DNA from: an uncultured Clostridiaceae bacterium
GTDB taxonomy: Bacteria > Bacillota > Clostridia > TANB77 > CAG-465
Reading direction: 5' to 3'
DNA length: 40,000 nucleotides
Assembly: GCA_964593045.1 (NCBI GenBank)
Contig: CAZQJQ010000006.1
Location: 4,255-44,254, forward strand
Part shown: piece after piece, positions 1 through 10,503 of the stretch
Position numbering within the stretch: the first letter of the stretch is position 1
Layout of the letters: the number at the start of each line of letters is the position of its first letter
Program-made: the position numbers and the translations under genes
Notes under the pieces: generated by a model
Database searches by the model: none
What the model saw: the letters and a program-made list of their open reading frames with translations, nothing else
What the model was told of the DNA's origin: nothing

Positions 1-1041
1 TCAATAGAAGGTGAAGATGGAGAATCAGAAAGTGAAAATTCATTTGTTAAAAAAAATACACTTCAGAAAGTTATAATTTTAATTGCTGGTGCTACATTTA
101 ATGCACTACTTGCAATAGTTATATTTTTATCAGTAACAATGACATATCCAACATATACATCAAAAATAACAGAAGTTGAATCAGATTCTGTATTAAATGA
201 ACTTGGAATATTACCAGGAGATGTGATTACAAGTATAAATGGTAAAAAAGTAAATATAGCACAGGATCTTACTAAAACATCATATACAGATAGTGAAACA
301 ACAACAATAACATATAAAAGAGATTCTAAAGAATATACAGTATCCACAGAAAATGCAGTAAAAGATATAGGATATATTGGAATTATGTTTAAGACAACAG
401 AAGATGAAGTTACAAACGAAATTGAGATGGTAGATAGTGGTAAAGTGGCTACAAAGGCAGATATAAAATCAGGAGATAAGATATTATCAATTAATGGACA
501 AATAACTGAAGATGGTAAAGAAGTACAATCAATTGTAGCAGATAGTGCCGGTATAGAATTAACTCTTGAAATTGAGAGAAATGGTGAAGTAATAACAAAA
601 ACACTTATACCAGATTCAAAGAAAAGTTTTGATTTGGGAATTGTATCAACAGAAGAAGTAAAAACTAATATAGTATATGCTTTTGATAAAGCATATATAA
701 ACGTAACAACAATTGTGGGATCATATGTAGACCTATTTAAAGGAAAAGTAAAAGTTACAGATATGTCAGGTATAGTAGGTATAAGCGAAGTAGTCTCTAA
801 GACAGATGGAATACTTGAATATATTAATTTAATAGGAATATTAAGTTTAGCAATAGGGGTTGCAAATGTAATGCCATTTCCACCTCTTGATGGAGGAAAA
901 ATAGTAATTGTATTAGGAGAGGCTATAACAAGAAAAAAATTACCATTAAAAGCAGAAGCAATAATCTCATACTTAGGGTTTGGATTACTTATACTTCTTA
1001 CGATTGTAGTAACATATAACGATATTTTAAGAGTGTTTTAG
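1..1041 (+). CDS. rseP: Site-2 (RIP) zinc metalloprotease RseP/RasP, M50 family; 5' end lies outside the window
   Basis: Frame 1 is open from base 1 (SIEGEDGESE...LIAGATFNALLAIVIF) into the tracked ORF. PDZ-like segments GILPGDVITSINGKKV and ADIKSGDKILSINGQ. C-terminal M50 motif NVMPFPPLDGG followed by a final TM helix. Confidence 0.85.
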   Translation, partial: SIEGEDGESESENSFVKKNTLQKVIILIAGATFNALLAIVIFLSVTMTYPTYTSKITEVESDSVLNELGILPGDVITSINGKKVNIAQDLTKTSYTDSETTTITYKRDSKEYTVSTENAVKDIGYIGIMFKTTEDEVTNEIEMVDSGKVATKADIKSGDKILSINGQITEDGKEVQSIVADSAGIELTLEIERNGEVITKTLIPDSKKSFDLGIVSTEEVKTNIVYAFDKAYINVTTIVGSYVDLFKGKVKVTDMSGIVGISEVVSKTDGILEYINLIGILSLAIGVANVMPFPPLDGGKIVIVLGEAITRKKLPLKAEAIISYLGFGLLILLTIVVTYNDILRVF

Positions 1042-1077
1042 AAATCTTTATTAGATATAAAAGAAAGAGTGAAATAA

Positions 1078-1656
1078 ATGAATATAGGGGTAGATATAGA
1101 CAATACAATTACAGATACTATAAAACTATTAAGAATAAGTGCTAAAAAATTTAATGAAGAAAATTCTATTAATTGCGAAATAAACAAAAAAGGATACGAT
1201 CAATATACTATATGTAAATCATGGAGTAAAGCAGAATGCGATAAATTTGTAAAAGATTATGTTATACATTTTATAAAACGTGTAAAGCCTAAAGAAGGTG
1301 CAAGTGAGTATATAAAAAGATTAAAAGAAGAAGGAAATAAAATATATATAATTACTTCAAGAAGTGAAAACTTGTCTAAAAATATATATGAAGATACAAA
1401 GAAATTATTACAAAAAAATAATATAGAATTCGATATATTAAAAACAAGTTGTTTTAGTAAGGATAAATATTGCGTAGAAAATAATATAGATGTATTAGTT
1501 GATGACCTTGAATCTAATATAGTTCCAACATCTAAATATATTAAGGTTATAATAATGAATGGTGATCATAATAAAGGAATAGATAATGCAAATACAATTA
1601 GACTAAATACATGGAAAGAAGTATATGAATGCATAAATAAAATGAAAAATGTATAG
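1078..1656 (+). CDS. HAD-superfamily hydrolase, NT5C/YqfW-like putative 5'(3')-deoxyribonucleotidase
   Basis: N-terminal HAD motif I (IGVDIDNTITDT, DxDxT), ITSR motif II-like, late VDD acidic motif; 192 aa. Confidence 0.5.
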   Translation: MNIGVDIDNTITDTIKLLRISAKKFNEENSINCEINKKGYDQYTICKSWSKAECDKFVKDYVIHFIKRVKPKEGASEYIKRLKEEGNKIYIITSRSENLSKNIYEDTKKLLQKNNIEFDILKTSCFSKDKYCVENNIDVLVDDLESNIVPTSKYIKVIIMNGDHNKGIDNANTIRLNTWKEVYECINKMKNV

Positions 1657-1666
1657 TGCAATTATA

Positions 1667-1720
1667 AACACCTATTACATAAATACTTAGATCGAGTATA
1701 TAATGTAATGGGTGTTTTTT
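1667..1720 (+). terminator. Intrinsic terminator after the HAD gene
   Basis: AACACCTATTACAT (1667-1680) pairs with ATGTAATGGGTGTT (1703-1716), one mismatch, then a T-run to 1720. Confidence 0.55.
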
Positions 1721-2674
1721 ATGGAAAAATTAAATATATTTGATTTACATGTAGATACTGCTACTAAATGGTATTTAGGAGAAAGTATAAATAGTGAAAA
1801 TATAGCATTTAAGTTAAAAGATGCTTTAAAATATAACAAATACATACAAGTTTTCGCGGTATATATTGATCCTGAATATGTAAAAGGGTCAAAATTTGAT
1901 TATGCTTTAGATGTTATTAGTACAATAAAAAGAGAAGAAGAAAATAATATTGAAAGTATGTGCATTATACAAAGCAAGAAAGAAATAATAGATTATGAAA
2001 ATTTGTGTAGTAGAAAGCTAGGAATGATATTATCAATTGAAGACGCTTCATGTCTTAATGGAAATATTTCTAATTTATATAAGTTATATGAAAAAGGAAT
2101 AAGGATGATAGGACTTACATGGAATACAAATAATGAAATAGGAACGGGAGCCTACCATATAGAAAATACATCTGGATTAACTATTTTTGGAGAAGAGGTT
2201 GTAAAAAAAATGAATGAAATAGGGTGTATAGTTGATGTATCGCATTTATCTAAAAAATCATTTTATGATGTAATGAATATATCTAAAAAACCAGTAGTTG
2301 CTTCACATTCATGTGCAAGTGGAATATACGACCATGAAAGAAATTTAGATGATTTGCAAATAAAGATGATAGCAGATAAAGGAGGAATAATAGGACTTAA
2401 TTTTTATTCTTTGTTTATATCTCCAAAAAATCACAATGTTGATATTAATATGCTAGTAGAACATATACAGCATATATATGATTTAGCTGGAATAGATTGT
2501 ATAGCATTAGGTTCGGATTTTGATGGAATGAATAAACCGATGGAGGGACTAGTAGATAATTCTATGTATATAAATTTAAAAAAATGTCTACAGAATAGAT
2601 CTTTTACAAATACTCAAATAAATAAAATAATGTGGGAAAATGCATATAATTTTTTTAAGGAAAATCTGAGATAA
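1721..2674 (+). CDS. Membrane dipeptidase, peptidase family M19
   Basis: DLHVDT near the N-terminus, GLTWNTNNEIG, VDVSHLS, VASHS and LGSDFDG motifs typical of M19 renal-type dipeptidases. ATG 1721 preferred over the tracked GTG 1712. Confidence 0.8.
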   Translation: MEKLNIFDLHVDTATKWYLGESINSENIAFKLKDALKYNKYIQVFAVYIDPEYVKGSKFDYALDVISTIKREEENNIESMCIIQSKKEIIDYENLCSRKLGMILSIEDASCLNGNISNLYKLYEKGIRMIGLTWNTNNEIGTGAYHIENTSGLTIFGEEVVKKMNEIGCIVDVSHLSKKSFYDVMNISKKPVVASHSCASGIYDHERNLDDLQIKMIADKGGIIGLNFYSLFISPKNHNVDINMLVEHIQHIYDLAGIDCIALGSDFDGMNKPMEGLVDNSMYINLKKCLQNRSFTNTQINKIMWENAYNFFKENLR

Positions 2675-2744
2675 TAATTTTCATCTATGGACAAAATGAA
2701 ACAAAAAATGTATAATATAGTTACTAAGAATAGCTGGAGGAAAT

Positions 2745-5700
2745 ATGAAAAAACAAATAAAAGATGTATTTTTAAATTGTACTAATGAAGATACTAAAAT
2801 TATATATGCATATATTGATGAGCTTAAGTTTTCAAAAAAATTAAATTCTGTAATTCTTGTTGCAAGTGGTGACGATAATCTGGATTTAGATGAAATTGAA
2901 AAATTTGAGTCGGATGCATGTATTGCATATGATTTAAATAGCTATAAAATAGAATATACATATAAAGGAAATATAGTTGATTTAACTTATAATCATCTTA
3001 CTTATGTTATAGACAAAATAAATAAGAAGTTTGAGTATACTAAAAAAATTTTTGATGGTTCTATAAAACAAATTGATAATAGTTATAAAAACATAATCAT
3101 TACATTAAATAATACGTATTCTAAGTTTTTAAGATTAAAAAAGGTAGATGAGTATTTAAAAAAATTCATATTAGTCAAATATGGATTAGACTTTAAAATA
3201 ATTTTTAACGATTCTGTTGATGCTATACAAGCTGAAAAATCGGAAAAAACAGAAAATGTGGTAAAAATAGAAAGAAGAGAACCTGGTACAAAACAAGAAG
3301 ATAAGCCTATACCTGATAAAAAAGAAACTAGTTATACTTCTAATAATGATGAGTATACAAAAGAATCACATAAAAATTCTAGAAAACCTACTCCTTCTTA
3401 TGTAATATTAGGTAAAGATATAAAAAGTGAAAAGTTAAATAAAATTGATGAATTAAATACAAGCTACGATAATGCTTGTGTTATAGGCAAGATATGTCAA
3501 AAAGATATTAGGGAAACCAAAACAGGAAAAATGTTGGTATCACTTGATATATATGATAAAACTAGTACAATAGCTTGTAAAGCATTCTTTAACAAGAAAA
3601 AATTTGAGGAAGTAAATGATAAATTAGCTGTTGGTAGTTTTGTTAAAATTCAAGGAAGGCCACAGTTTGATCCTTTTGCAAAGGAATTAACTATTTTAGT
3701 CAATAGTATTAATGAAGAGGAAAAGGAAAGCATTGCTTCAAGAAAAGATGAAGAAGAAGACAAAAGAGTAGAATTACATATACATAGTCAAATGAGTGCA
3801 ATGGATGGAGTTACTTCAGCTACTGATATAGTAAAACAAGCTATAAAATGGGGACATAGAGCAGTCGCTATAACTGATCATGGGGTAGTACAAGCTTTCC
3901 CAGAGGCTCATATGGCAATATCAAAAGCGTTTGCAAGTAGAGAAAATAAAAATTGGTTGCAAGATGCTCCTACAAAGGTTATATATGGAGTAGAAGGTTA
4001 TTTAGTAGATGATTTAGATCCTGCATATAAACATCCGAATATTTTTTGCGTGTTTGATATTGAAACTACAGGATTTACAGCAGGTCCTGATAAAATAACA
4101 GAAATTGCTGTAGCAAAAGTGCAAGAAGGTAAGATAATAGATGAATTTACTACTTTTGTAAATCCAGAAAGACCAATTCCAAAACAAGTACAAGAGCTTA
4201 CTCATATTACTGAGAATATGGTAAAAGATGCTCCTACAATAGAAGAAGTTTTACCTAAGTTTATAGAGTTTACAAAAGGAAGTATTTTAGTTGCACATAA
4301 TAGCCATTTTGATATTGGATTTATGACACATTTTGCAAAAAAACAAGGACTTACTCTAGATAATGGAGCAATTGATACTCTTGTAATTGCAAGAGAATTA
4401 TTTGAATCATATGAAAATCATAAATTAGGCACAATAGCTAAGAATTTAGGAATAGACTTAGAAGGTGCACATAGAGCTATAAATGATGTGAGAGCTACTG
4501 TTCAAGTATTTTTAAAAATGATAGAAGAAGCAAGTAAAAAAAATATAGATATTTATGATTATGTATATACTAATTTAGAAAAAAACTATAAAGAAATAGG
4601 ATATAATCATATAATAATTTTAGTTAAAAATTATATAGGTCTTAAAAATTTATATAAAATAATATCTTTTTCACATATTAATTTCTTTTATAAAAAACCA
4701 AGGATACCTAGATCACTATTAAATAGATATAGAGAAGGATTAATAGTGGGTTCTGCCTGTGAACAAGGTGAATTATACCAATCTATATTAAATAAATTAC
4801 CAGAAGAAAAACAAGAAAATATTGCTAAATATTATGATTATCTTGAAATTCAACCACTCGGTAATAATCAATTTTATATTGACAAAGGAATACTATCTTC
4901 AAAGGATGAACTCATAACTATAAATAAAAAAATAATAGAATTAGGAGATAAATTGACTATACCTGTAGTTGCTACAACGGATTCTCACTTTTTAAATCCT
5001 GAAGATGAAATTTATCGTAGGATTATAATGGCAGGACAAGGATATGATGATGCAGATAAACAAGCTCCTCTGTACTTTAGAACTACTTTGGAAATGTATG
5101 ATGAATTCTATTATTTAGATAAAGCAAAAGCAAAAGAGATAATTGTAACAAATCCAAATAATATAGCGGACATGTGTGATGCTATACAACCAGTTCCAGA
5201 TGGAACATACCCTCCTACAATAGAGGGTTCAGATGAAAATATAAAAAAAATATCATATGAAACGGCAAAACAAATTTATGGTGATCCATTACCTGAAATA
5301 GTAGAGAGAAGACTTGAAAAAGAGCTTGTCCCTATCATAAAATATGGGTTTGCAGTTATGTATATGATAGCAAGAGAACTTGTAAAAAAGTCAAATTCTG
5401 ATGGCTATTTAGTTGGCTCAAGGGGATCTGTAGGCTCATCATTTGTTGCAACAATGACAGGAATTACAGAAGTAAATCCACTTCCACCACACTATATATG
5501 TACTAATCCAGAATGTAAATATAGTGAATTTCCAGAAACTACAGTTACTACTGGAATAGATATGGAAGATAAGGTGTGTCCAAAATGTGGAAAAATACTA
5601 AAAAAAGATGGAATGGATATACCGTTTGAAACATTTCTTGGATTTAAAGGAGATAAAGCACCTGATATAGACTTAAACTTTTCAGGTGATGACCAACCAA

Positions 5701-7088
5701 ATGCACATGCATATACAGAGGTGCTTTTTGGGAAATCTAAAACATTTAGAGCAGGAACAATAGGCACAGTAGCTGATAAAACAGCATATGGATTTGTAAA
5801 AAAATACTATGAACAAAAAGGAAAAAATGTATTATCTCCTGAGATAAATAGGCTTGCCAAAGGTTGTACGGGTATAAAGAGGACAACCGGTCAACATCCA
5901 GGTGGAATAATAGTTGTACCAAGAGATAAAGAAATATATGATTTTTGTCCTATACAAAAACCGGCTGATGACCAATTTTCAAAATCTATCACAACTCATT
6001 TTGATTTCCACTCAATACATGATAATCTGTTGAAATTAGATATACTAGGTCATGATGATCCTACAGTGCTTAGAATGCTACAGGATTTAACCGGTATAGA
6101 TCCTAAAACAATACCATTAGATGAAAAGAAAGTAATGTCACTTTTTTCTTCAACTGAAGCATTAGGGGTAAAACCTGAACAAATAAAGTCAGAAACAGGA
6201 ACATATGCAGTGCCCGAGTTTGGAACAAAATTTGTAAGACAAATGTTACTGGACACTAAACCAACAACGTTTGGAGAGCTTGTTAGAATATCTGGACTTT
6301 CTCATGGTACTGATGTGTGGCTTGGAAATGCTCAAACATTAATAGAAGAAGGAACAGCTACACTAAAAGAAGCAATATGTACCCGTGATGATATAATGAT
6401 ATATTTAATACAAATGAAACTAGATCCTCAGATGGCATTTAAAACAATGGAAAGTGTAAGAAAAGGAAAAGGACTTACAGAAGAAATGGAAGCAGCAATG
6501 AGAGAAAAAGATGTACCAGAGTGGTATATTGATTCATGTAAAAAAATAAAATACATGTTTCCAAAAGCACATGCGGCTGCATATGTAATGATGGCATATA
6601 GGATAGCATATTATAAAGTATATTATCCAAAAGAATTCTATGCAACATATTTAACTGTAAGAGCAGGTAATTTTTTATCTGACATTATGATGAGAGGAAA
6701 AGAAAAAATTAAAGAGGCAATAAAAGAATATGAACAAAAACAAGATGCCTCTGCCACAGATAAAGATGCACTAAGTGTTATGGAAGTAATAAACGAAATG
6801 TATGAAAGAGATATTAACTTTTTACCAGTAGATATATATTTATCTGATGCAAAAAAATTCTTGGTAGAAGAAAGAGGTATAAGACCACCACTTTCTGCAA
6901 TAACAGGCTTTGGAGAAGTAGATGCAAAAAAATTGGTGGAAGCAAGAAAAGAAGGTAAGTTTGAAACAATAGAACAAGTTGCAAGCAGAGCAAAGATAGG
7001 AAAAGTAGCTATGCAAACACTAGAAAATGAAGGTTGTTTTAAAGGCATGCCTAGGTCTTCACAAATGAGTCTATTTGAGCAGATGTAA
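2745..7088 (+). CDS. polC: DNA polymerase III alpha subunit, Gram-positive PolC type
   Basis: 1447 aa. PHP motif ELHIHSQMSAMDG, inserted DEDDh exonuclease (FDIETTG, HNSHFD, HRAINDV), Zn-finger CTNPECKY..CPKCG, polymerase core GSRGSVGSS / PDIDLNF. GGAGG just upstream. Confidence 0.97.
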   Translation: MKKQIKDVFLNCTNEDTKIIYAYIDELKFSKKLNSVILVASGDDNLDLDEIEKFESDACIAYDLNSYKIEYTYKGNIVDLTYNHLTYVIDKINKKFEYTKKIFDGSIKQIDNSYKNIIITLNNTYSKFLRLKKVDEYLKKFILVKYGLDFKIIFNDSVDAIQAEKSEKTENVVKIERREPGTKQEDKPIPDKKETSYTSNNDEYTKESHKNSRKPTPSYVILGKDIKSEKLNKIDELNTSYDNACVIGKICQKDIRETKTGKMLVSLDIYDKTSTIACKAFFNKKKFEEVNDKLAVGSFVKIQGRPQFDPFAKELTILVNSINEEEKESIASRKDEEEDKRVELHIHSQMSAMDGVTSATDIVKQAIKWGHRAVAITDHGVVQAFPEAHMAISKAFASRENKNWLQDAPTKVIYGVEGYLVDDLDPAYKHPNIFCVFDIETTGFTAGPDKITEIAVAKVQEGKIIDEFTTFVNPERPIPKQVQELTHITENMVKDAPTIEEVLPKFIEFTKGSILVAHNSHFDIGFMTHFAKKQGLTLDNGAIDTLVIARELFESYENHKLGTIAKNLGIDLEGAHRAINDVRATVQVFLKMIEEASKKNIDIYDYVYTNLEKNYKEIGYNHIIILVKNYIGLKNLYKIISFSHINFFYKKPRIPRSLLNRYREGLIVGSACEQGELYQSILNKLPEEKQENIAKYYDYLEIQPLGNNQFYIDKGILSSKDELITINKKIIELGDKLTIPVVATTDSHFLNPEDEIYRRIIMAGQGYDDADKQAPLYFRTTLEMYDEFYYLDKAKAKEIIVTNPNNIADMCDAIQPVPDGTYPPTIEGSDENIKKISYETAKQIYGDPLPEIVERRLEKELVPIIKYGFAVMYMIARELVKKSNSDGYLVGSRGSVGSSFVATMTGITEVNPLPPHYICTNPECKYSEFPETTVTTGIDMEDKVCPKCGKILKKDGMDIPFETFLGFKGDKAPDIDLNFSGDDQPNAHAYTEVLFGKSKTFRAGTIGTVADKTAYGFVKKYYEQKGKNVLSPEINRLAKGCTGIKRTTGQHPGGIIVVPRDKEIYDFCPIQKPADDQFSKSITTHFDFHSIHDNLLKLDILGHDDPTVLRMLQDLTGIDPKTIPLDEKKVMSLFSSTEALGVKPEQIKSETGTYAVPEFGTKFVRQMLLDTKPTTFGELVRISGLSHGTDVWLGNAQTLIEEGTATLKEAICTRDDIMIYLIQMKLDPQMAFKTMESVRKGKGLTEEMEAAMREKDVPEWYIDSCKKIKYMFPKAHAAAYVMMAYRIAYYKVYYPKEFYATYLTVRAGNFLSDIMMRGKEKIKEAIKEYEQKQDASATDKDALSVMEVINEMYERDINFLPVDIYLSDAKKFLVEERGIRPPLSAITGFGEVDAKKLVEARKEGKFETIEQVASRAKIGKVAMQTLENEGCFKGMPRSSQMSLFEQM

Positions 7089-7158
7089 TAAATATAACAT
7101 TAAGTTCTTGAAAAAAACACAATAATAGGGTATAATAGTTCTTAGGAGGATGATTAAA

Positions 7159-7515
7159 ATGAAATTAGATTTAACAGGTATACATGTAGAAATTACAGAA
7201 GCAATAAGGGATTTTACAGAAAAAAAGGTAGAAAAACTATCAAAATTTTTTGATGATATTACAATATGTCATGTAACTTTATCTATAGAAAAAAATAGAC
7301 AAAAAGTAAATATACGTATTGAATATAAATCAAGAACATATATTGCTGAGGAAGTAACAGATGATATATATTATGGTATAGAAGATGTTATTCAAAAAAT
7401 AGAAGGGCAGATAAGAAAAAATAAGGCAATAATAGAAAAGAAGAGAAAAGAAGGAGCTACACAAGAAGAAATTGATTCATTAACAGTTGAGGATTTGCTA
7501 AAAGAAGATGAGTAG
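7159..7515 (+). CDS. hpf: Ribosome hibernation factor / RaiA family, short form (118 aa)
   Basis: MKLDLTGIHVEITEAIRDFTEKKVEKLSKFF is a typical S30AE/HPF N-terminus. AGGAGG at 7144-7149 fits ATG 7159 (9-nt spacing), not the tracked ATG 7150. Confidence 0.8.
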   Translation: MKLDLTGIHVEITEAIRDFTEKKVEKLSKFFDDITICHVTLSIEKNRQKVNIRIEYKSRTYIAEEVTDDIYYGIEDVIQKIEGQIRKNKAIIEKKRKEGATQEEIDSLTVEDLLKEDE

Positions 7516-7530
7516 AATCTAGTATATAAA

Positions 7531-7563
7531 AAGTCACATGGTATAAAGCTATGTGGCTTTTTG
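7531..7563 (+). terminator. Intrinsic terminator after hpf
   Basis: AAGTCACAT (7531-7539) pairs with ATGTGGCTT (7551-7559), followed by a T-run. Confidence 0.6.
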
Positions 7564-7673
7564 TACAAAATTTAATAATAACTTATCAAAATATAGACAT
7601 CAATTTAAAATTGGTATATAATAAAAATATAAGAAAAGAAGTTGTTTGTATTAATATACAAGGAGGAGTTGTT

Positions 7674-8567
7674 GTGGTTGATAAATGTGGATACATAGAC
7701 TTACATGTTCACAGTAATGCATCTGATGGACTTGAACCGGTTGGTGTAGTCATGAAAAAAGCGATTAAAAACAAAGTATCTGTTATTTCTTTTACTGAAC
7801 ATTATAACTTAGGTTCGTATCAAGAAGCGTATCGGATAGAAAAACAAACGGGAAAAATAGAAGTAATTCCAGGAATAGAAATAAGTGCTTCTGTAAAAGA
7901 ATTACCAGGGACAAAAAAGAGAACTTGTCACATACTTGCATATTATCCATCGTACAGGATTTGCAATATACTTGATGAATATGAAGTTAGTCGTGAGAAG
8001 TGCTTGAAAAAGACAATAAAAAAATTGCAAACAACAGGCGTTAAAATTTCATATGATATTGTTAAAAAATATGCGAGATCTAGAAATAGTATTGGTAGAT
8101 ATGATGTTGCAATTGCACTTAAAAAATTAGGTTATGCAAAAACAACTATGTCAGCTTACGGACAATTTTTAGATGTAGGTATGCGTGCATATGTTGAACG
8201 GGATAAACCTACAACAAAGGAACTATTGTCAAAAATACGAAGCGTAGGAGGAGTACCAGTACTTGCACATCCAAGAAGTTTGCATATGGGAAGGGAATCT
8301 CTTGAAAAATACGTAACTAGACTAAGAGAAGAAGGTCTAGAAGGAATAGAGTTATATAATCCTAGTTGTTCTTTTGAAGTATTTGAAAACATAAGATATA
8401 TTGCAGACAAATTAAATCTTGTTACAACTGTTGGAAGCGATTATCATGGAAAAGAGAGTCGGAATATTTATGTTGGTTTAGGGATTAATGGAAATCTTAG
8501 AATATCAAAATACGAGATAATAGAAGAACTTAAAACTAGGCAAAATCAAATTTTATTACATGGATAA
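7674..8567 (+). CDS. PHP-domain metal-dependent phosphoesterase (TrpH/YciV-like)
   Basis: IDLHVHSNASDG, SFTEHYN and GSDYHG motifs. GTG 7674 lies 7 nt after AGGAGG (7661-7666). The tracked 5' extension from 7551 runs through the hpf terminator. Confidence 0.8.
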   Translation: MVDKCGYIDLHVHSNASDGLEPVGVVMKKAIKNKVSVISFTEHYNLGSYQEAYRIEKQTGKIEVIPGIEISASVKELPGTKKRTCHILAYYPSYRICNILDEYEVSREKCLKKTIKKLQTTGVKISYDIVKKYARSRNSIGRYDVAIALKKLGYAKTTMSAYGQFLDVGMRAYVERDKPTTKELLSKIRSVGGVPVLAHPRSLHMGRESLEKYVTRLREEGLEGIELYNPSCSFEVFENIRYIADKLNLVTTVGSDYHGKESRNIYVGLGINGNLRISKYEIIEELKTRQNQILLHG

Positions 8568-8575
8568 TGTATTAT

Positions 8576-8602
8576 AAAAAGAGGGGGATAACCCCTCTTT
8601 TT
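8576..8602. terminator. Bidirectional terminator between convergent genes
   Basis: AAAAAGAGGGG / CCCCTCTTTTT hairpin flanked by an A-run and a T-run. Confidence 0.75.
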
Positions 8603-8617
8603 ATAATCTATATCTTT

Positions 8618-9259
8618 TTATAATACATAGAACATTATTGATATAAAATGAAAAACACTTCCTGCTAGGACAAATAAATGCCATATGGAATGAAAGTATT
8701 TTACTTTTATAATATAAAACACTGCTCCTACAGTATATGCAAGACCACCAGCAGCAAGCCAATATACTCCATGTATGGCATTATTTGCTTGCATTATTTG
8801 TATTAGATCAGGCATTGCAAATATTATTGCCCATCCCATTATAAGATAAGTAAAAACTTTAAAGACTCTGTATTTACCTATAAAAATGCTCCCTATAATA
8901 ATACCAATAAGAGCCATTGCCCATACAACACCAAATATAATCCAACCAATATTGCCATCTTCTCTTAAAATAACTAAAGTATACGGAGTATAGGTTCCAG
9001 CTATTAGTAAATATATTGATGCATGATCAAATATTTGGAAAACCTTTTTTACTTTTTCTCCTGTAAAAGCATGATATAAAGTAGACATAGTAAAAAGAAG
9101 TACTAAAGTTCCACCATAGATTGATACGCTAACAACTTGCCACATATTTCCAAAAAGAGCGGCAAATACAACCATAATTGTAAGAGCAACTATAGCAAAT
9201 AGAGCTCCAACACCATGGGTGATAGAATTGGCGATTTCCTCACCAATTGAATATTTCAA
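8618..9259 (-). CDS. Hemolysin III / PAQR family channel protein (YplQ-like)
   Basis: 213 aa, seven hydrophobic helices, family-typical EEIANSITHGVG N-terminus, DHASIYLLIAGTYTP and a C-terminal HxxVxxG region. Confidence 0.85.
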   Translation of the reverse strand: MKYSIGEEIANSITHGVGALFAIVALTIMVVFAALFGNMWQVVSVSIYGGTLVLLFTMSTLYHAFTGEKVKKVFQIFDHASIYLLIAGTYTPYTLVILREDGNIGWIIFGVVWAMALIGIIIGSIFIGKYRVFKVFTYLIMGWAIIFAMPDLIQIMQANNAIHGVYWLAAGGLAYTVGAVFYIIKVKYFHSIWHLFVLAGSVFHFISIMFYVL

Positions 9260-9270
9260 AAAATCACCCC

Positions 9271-10503
9271 CTATACTATATTTATCTTAATAAAAACTTT
9301 TTTTCCTTTTTTTAATATAACATATCCCTTTTTAAAGTCATTTAATGAAATACAATGTTTTTCGTCCAATATTTTTATATCATTAATTAGTATACCACCT
9401 TGTTTTACAAGTATTCTAGCTTGTCCTTTTGAAGGAGCAATTTCTGCTTTTATAATGGCATCTAATATAGATAAACCGTTTTGCACATCTTCTTTTGATA
9501 TGTCAAAAGAAGGCATATTTTCGCTATTTGAAGAGTTTAAAAATAGGTCCTGAGCAGTTTTTTCGGCTTTTATAGCTTCATCCTCTCCATGTATAAGTTT
9601 TGTTATTTCAAATGCAGCAATTTTCTTTGCTTCATTTATATCGCTACCTTGCAAGCTTGAAAGTTTGTTTACTTCATTCATTGGTAAAAATGTTAACATA
9701 CGTAAAACATCTCTTACCTCGGTATCTTGGATATTTCTCCAATACTGATAAAAATCATATACACTAGTTTTTTCTTTATCAAGCCAAATAGCACCCTTTT
9801 CAGTTTTGCCCATTTTTTTCCCTTCAGCATTAAGAAGTAGAGGACATGTTACACAAAAGCTACCACTTTTATGTATTTTCCTTATTAAATCAACACCACT
9901 TAACATATTTGACCACTGATCATCTCCGCCAACTTGAACTTTACAAGAGTACTTTTCAAAAAGTTGTAAAAAGTCAAAACTTTGCATAAGCATATAGTTA
10001 AATTCAAAAAATGTTAATCCTTTATCCATACGTTGCTTAAAACATTCAGCATCAAGCATTCTATTTACATTAAAATAAACACCATATGTGCGTATAAAAT
10101 CCATATAATTCAAATTTAGTATCCAATCAGCATTGTTTACAATTATAGCAGAATTATCACCTTCAAATGAAATAAATTTACTAACTTGAGTAATTATTTT
10201 TTTTACATTATCTTCTATATCCTCTTTGCTTAACATTTTTCTCATATCAGATTTTCCTGATGGATCTCCTATTAAAGCAGTCCCTCCACCTATCAATATA
10301 ATTGGTCTATGACCACACTTTTGAAAATATGACATCAACATAAGTGGAATAAAATGACCAATGTGAATACTGTCTGCGGTAGGATCTATACCTAAATATA
10401 CAGATATTTTTTGTTTTGAAGTTATTTCTTTAAATTCTTCTTCAAAAGTTAATTGTTTTATTAAGTCCCTTTCTTTTAATACTTCATATATATTATTATT
10501 CAT
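9271..10503 (-). CDS. tyrS: Tyrosyl-tRNA synthetase
   Basis: HIGH signature (DSIHIGHF), KMSKS-type KMGKT, GDDQW, C-terminal S4-like domain; 410 aa. Confidence 0.95.
   Translation of the reverse strand: MNNNIYEVLKERDLIKQLTFEEEFKEITSKQKISVYLGIDPTADSIHIGHFIPLMLMSYFQKCGHRPIILIGGGTALIGDPSGKSDMRKMLSKEDIEDNVKKIITQVSKFISFEGDNSAIIVNNADWILNLNYMDFIRTYGVYFNVNRMLDAECFKQRMDKGLTFFEFNYMLMQSFDFLQLFEKYSCKVQVGGDDQWSNMLSGVDLIRKIHKSGSFCVTCPLLLNAEGKKMGKTEKGAIWLDKEKTSVYDFYQYWRNIQDTEVRDVLRMLTFLPMNEVNKLSSLQGSDINEAKKIAAFEITKLIHGEDEAIKAEKTAQDLFLNSSNSENMPSFDISKEDVQNGLSILDAIIKAEIAPSKGQARILVKQGGILINDIKILDEKHCISLNDFKKGYVILKKGKKVFIKINIV

Noticed and set aside
1667-1723. Terminator hairpin and T-run ending immediately before the dipeptidase ATG (possible RBS occlusion or leaderless start)
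   Set aside because: The arrangement is real, but the start codon choice (GTG 1712 versus ATG 1721) is itself uncertain. A TATAAT-like box inside the loop (about 1698-1703) could equally give a short-leader transcript. The evidence is too ambiguous to claim regulation.
7551-7673. 5' extensions of tracked ORFs (PHP gene from 7551; also 10596-10700, 22511-22573, 27075-27116, 39905-39973)
   Set aside because: Each extension crosses a terminator or promoter, or lacks an SD. A strong SD precedes an internal start that matches the family-typical N-terminus.
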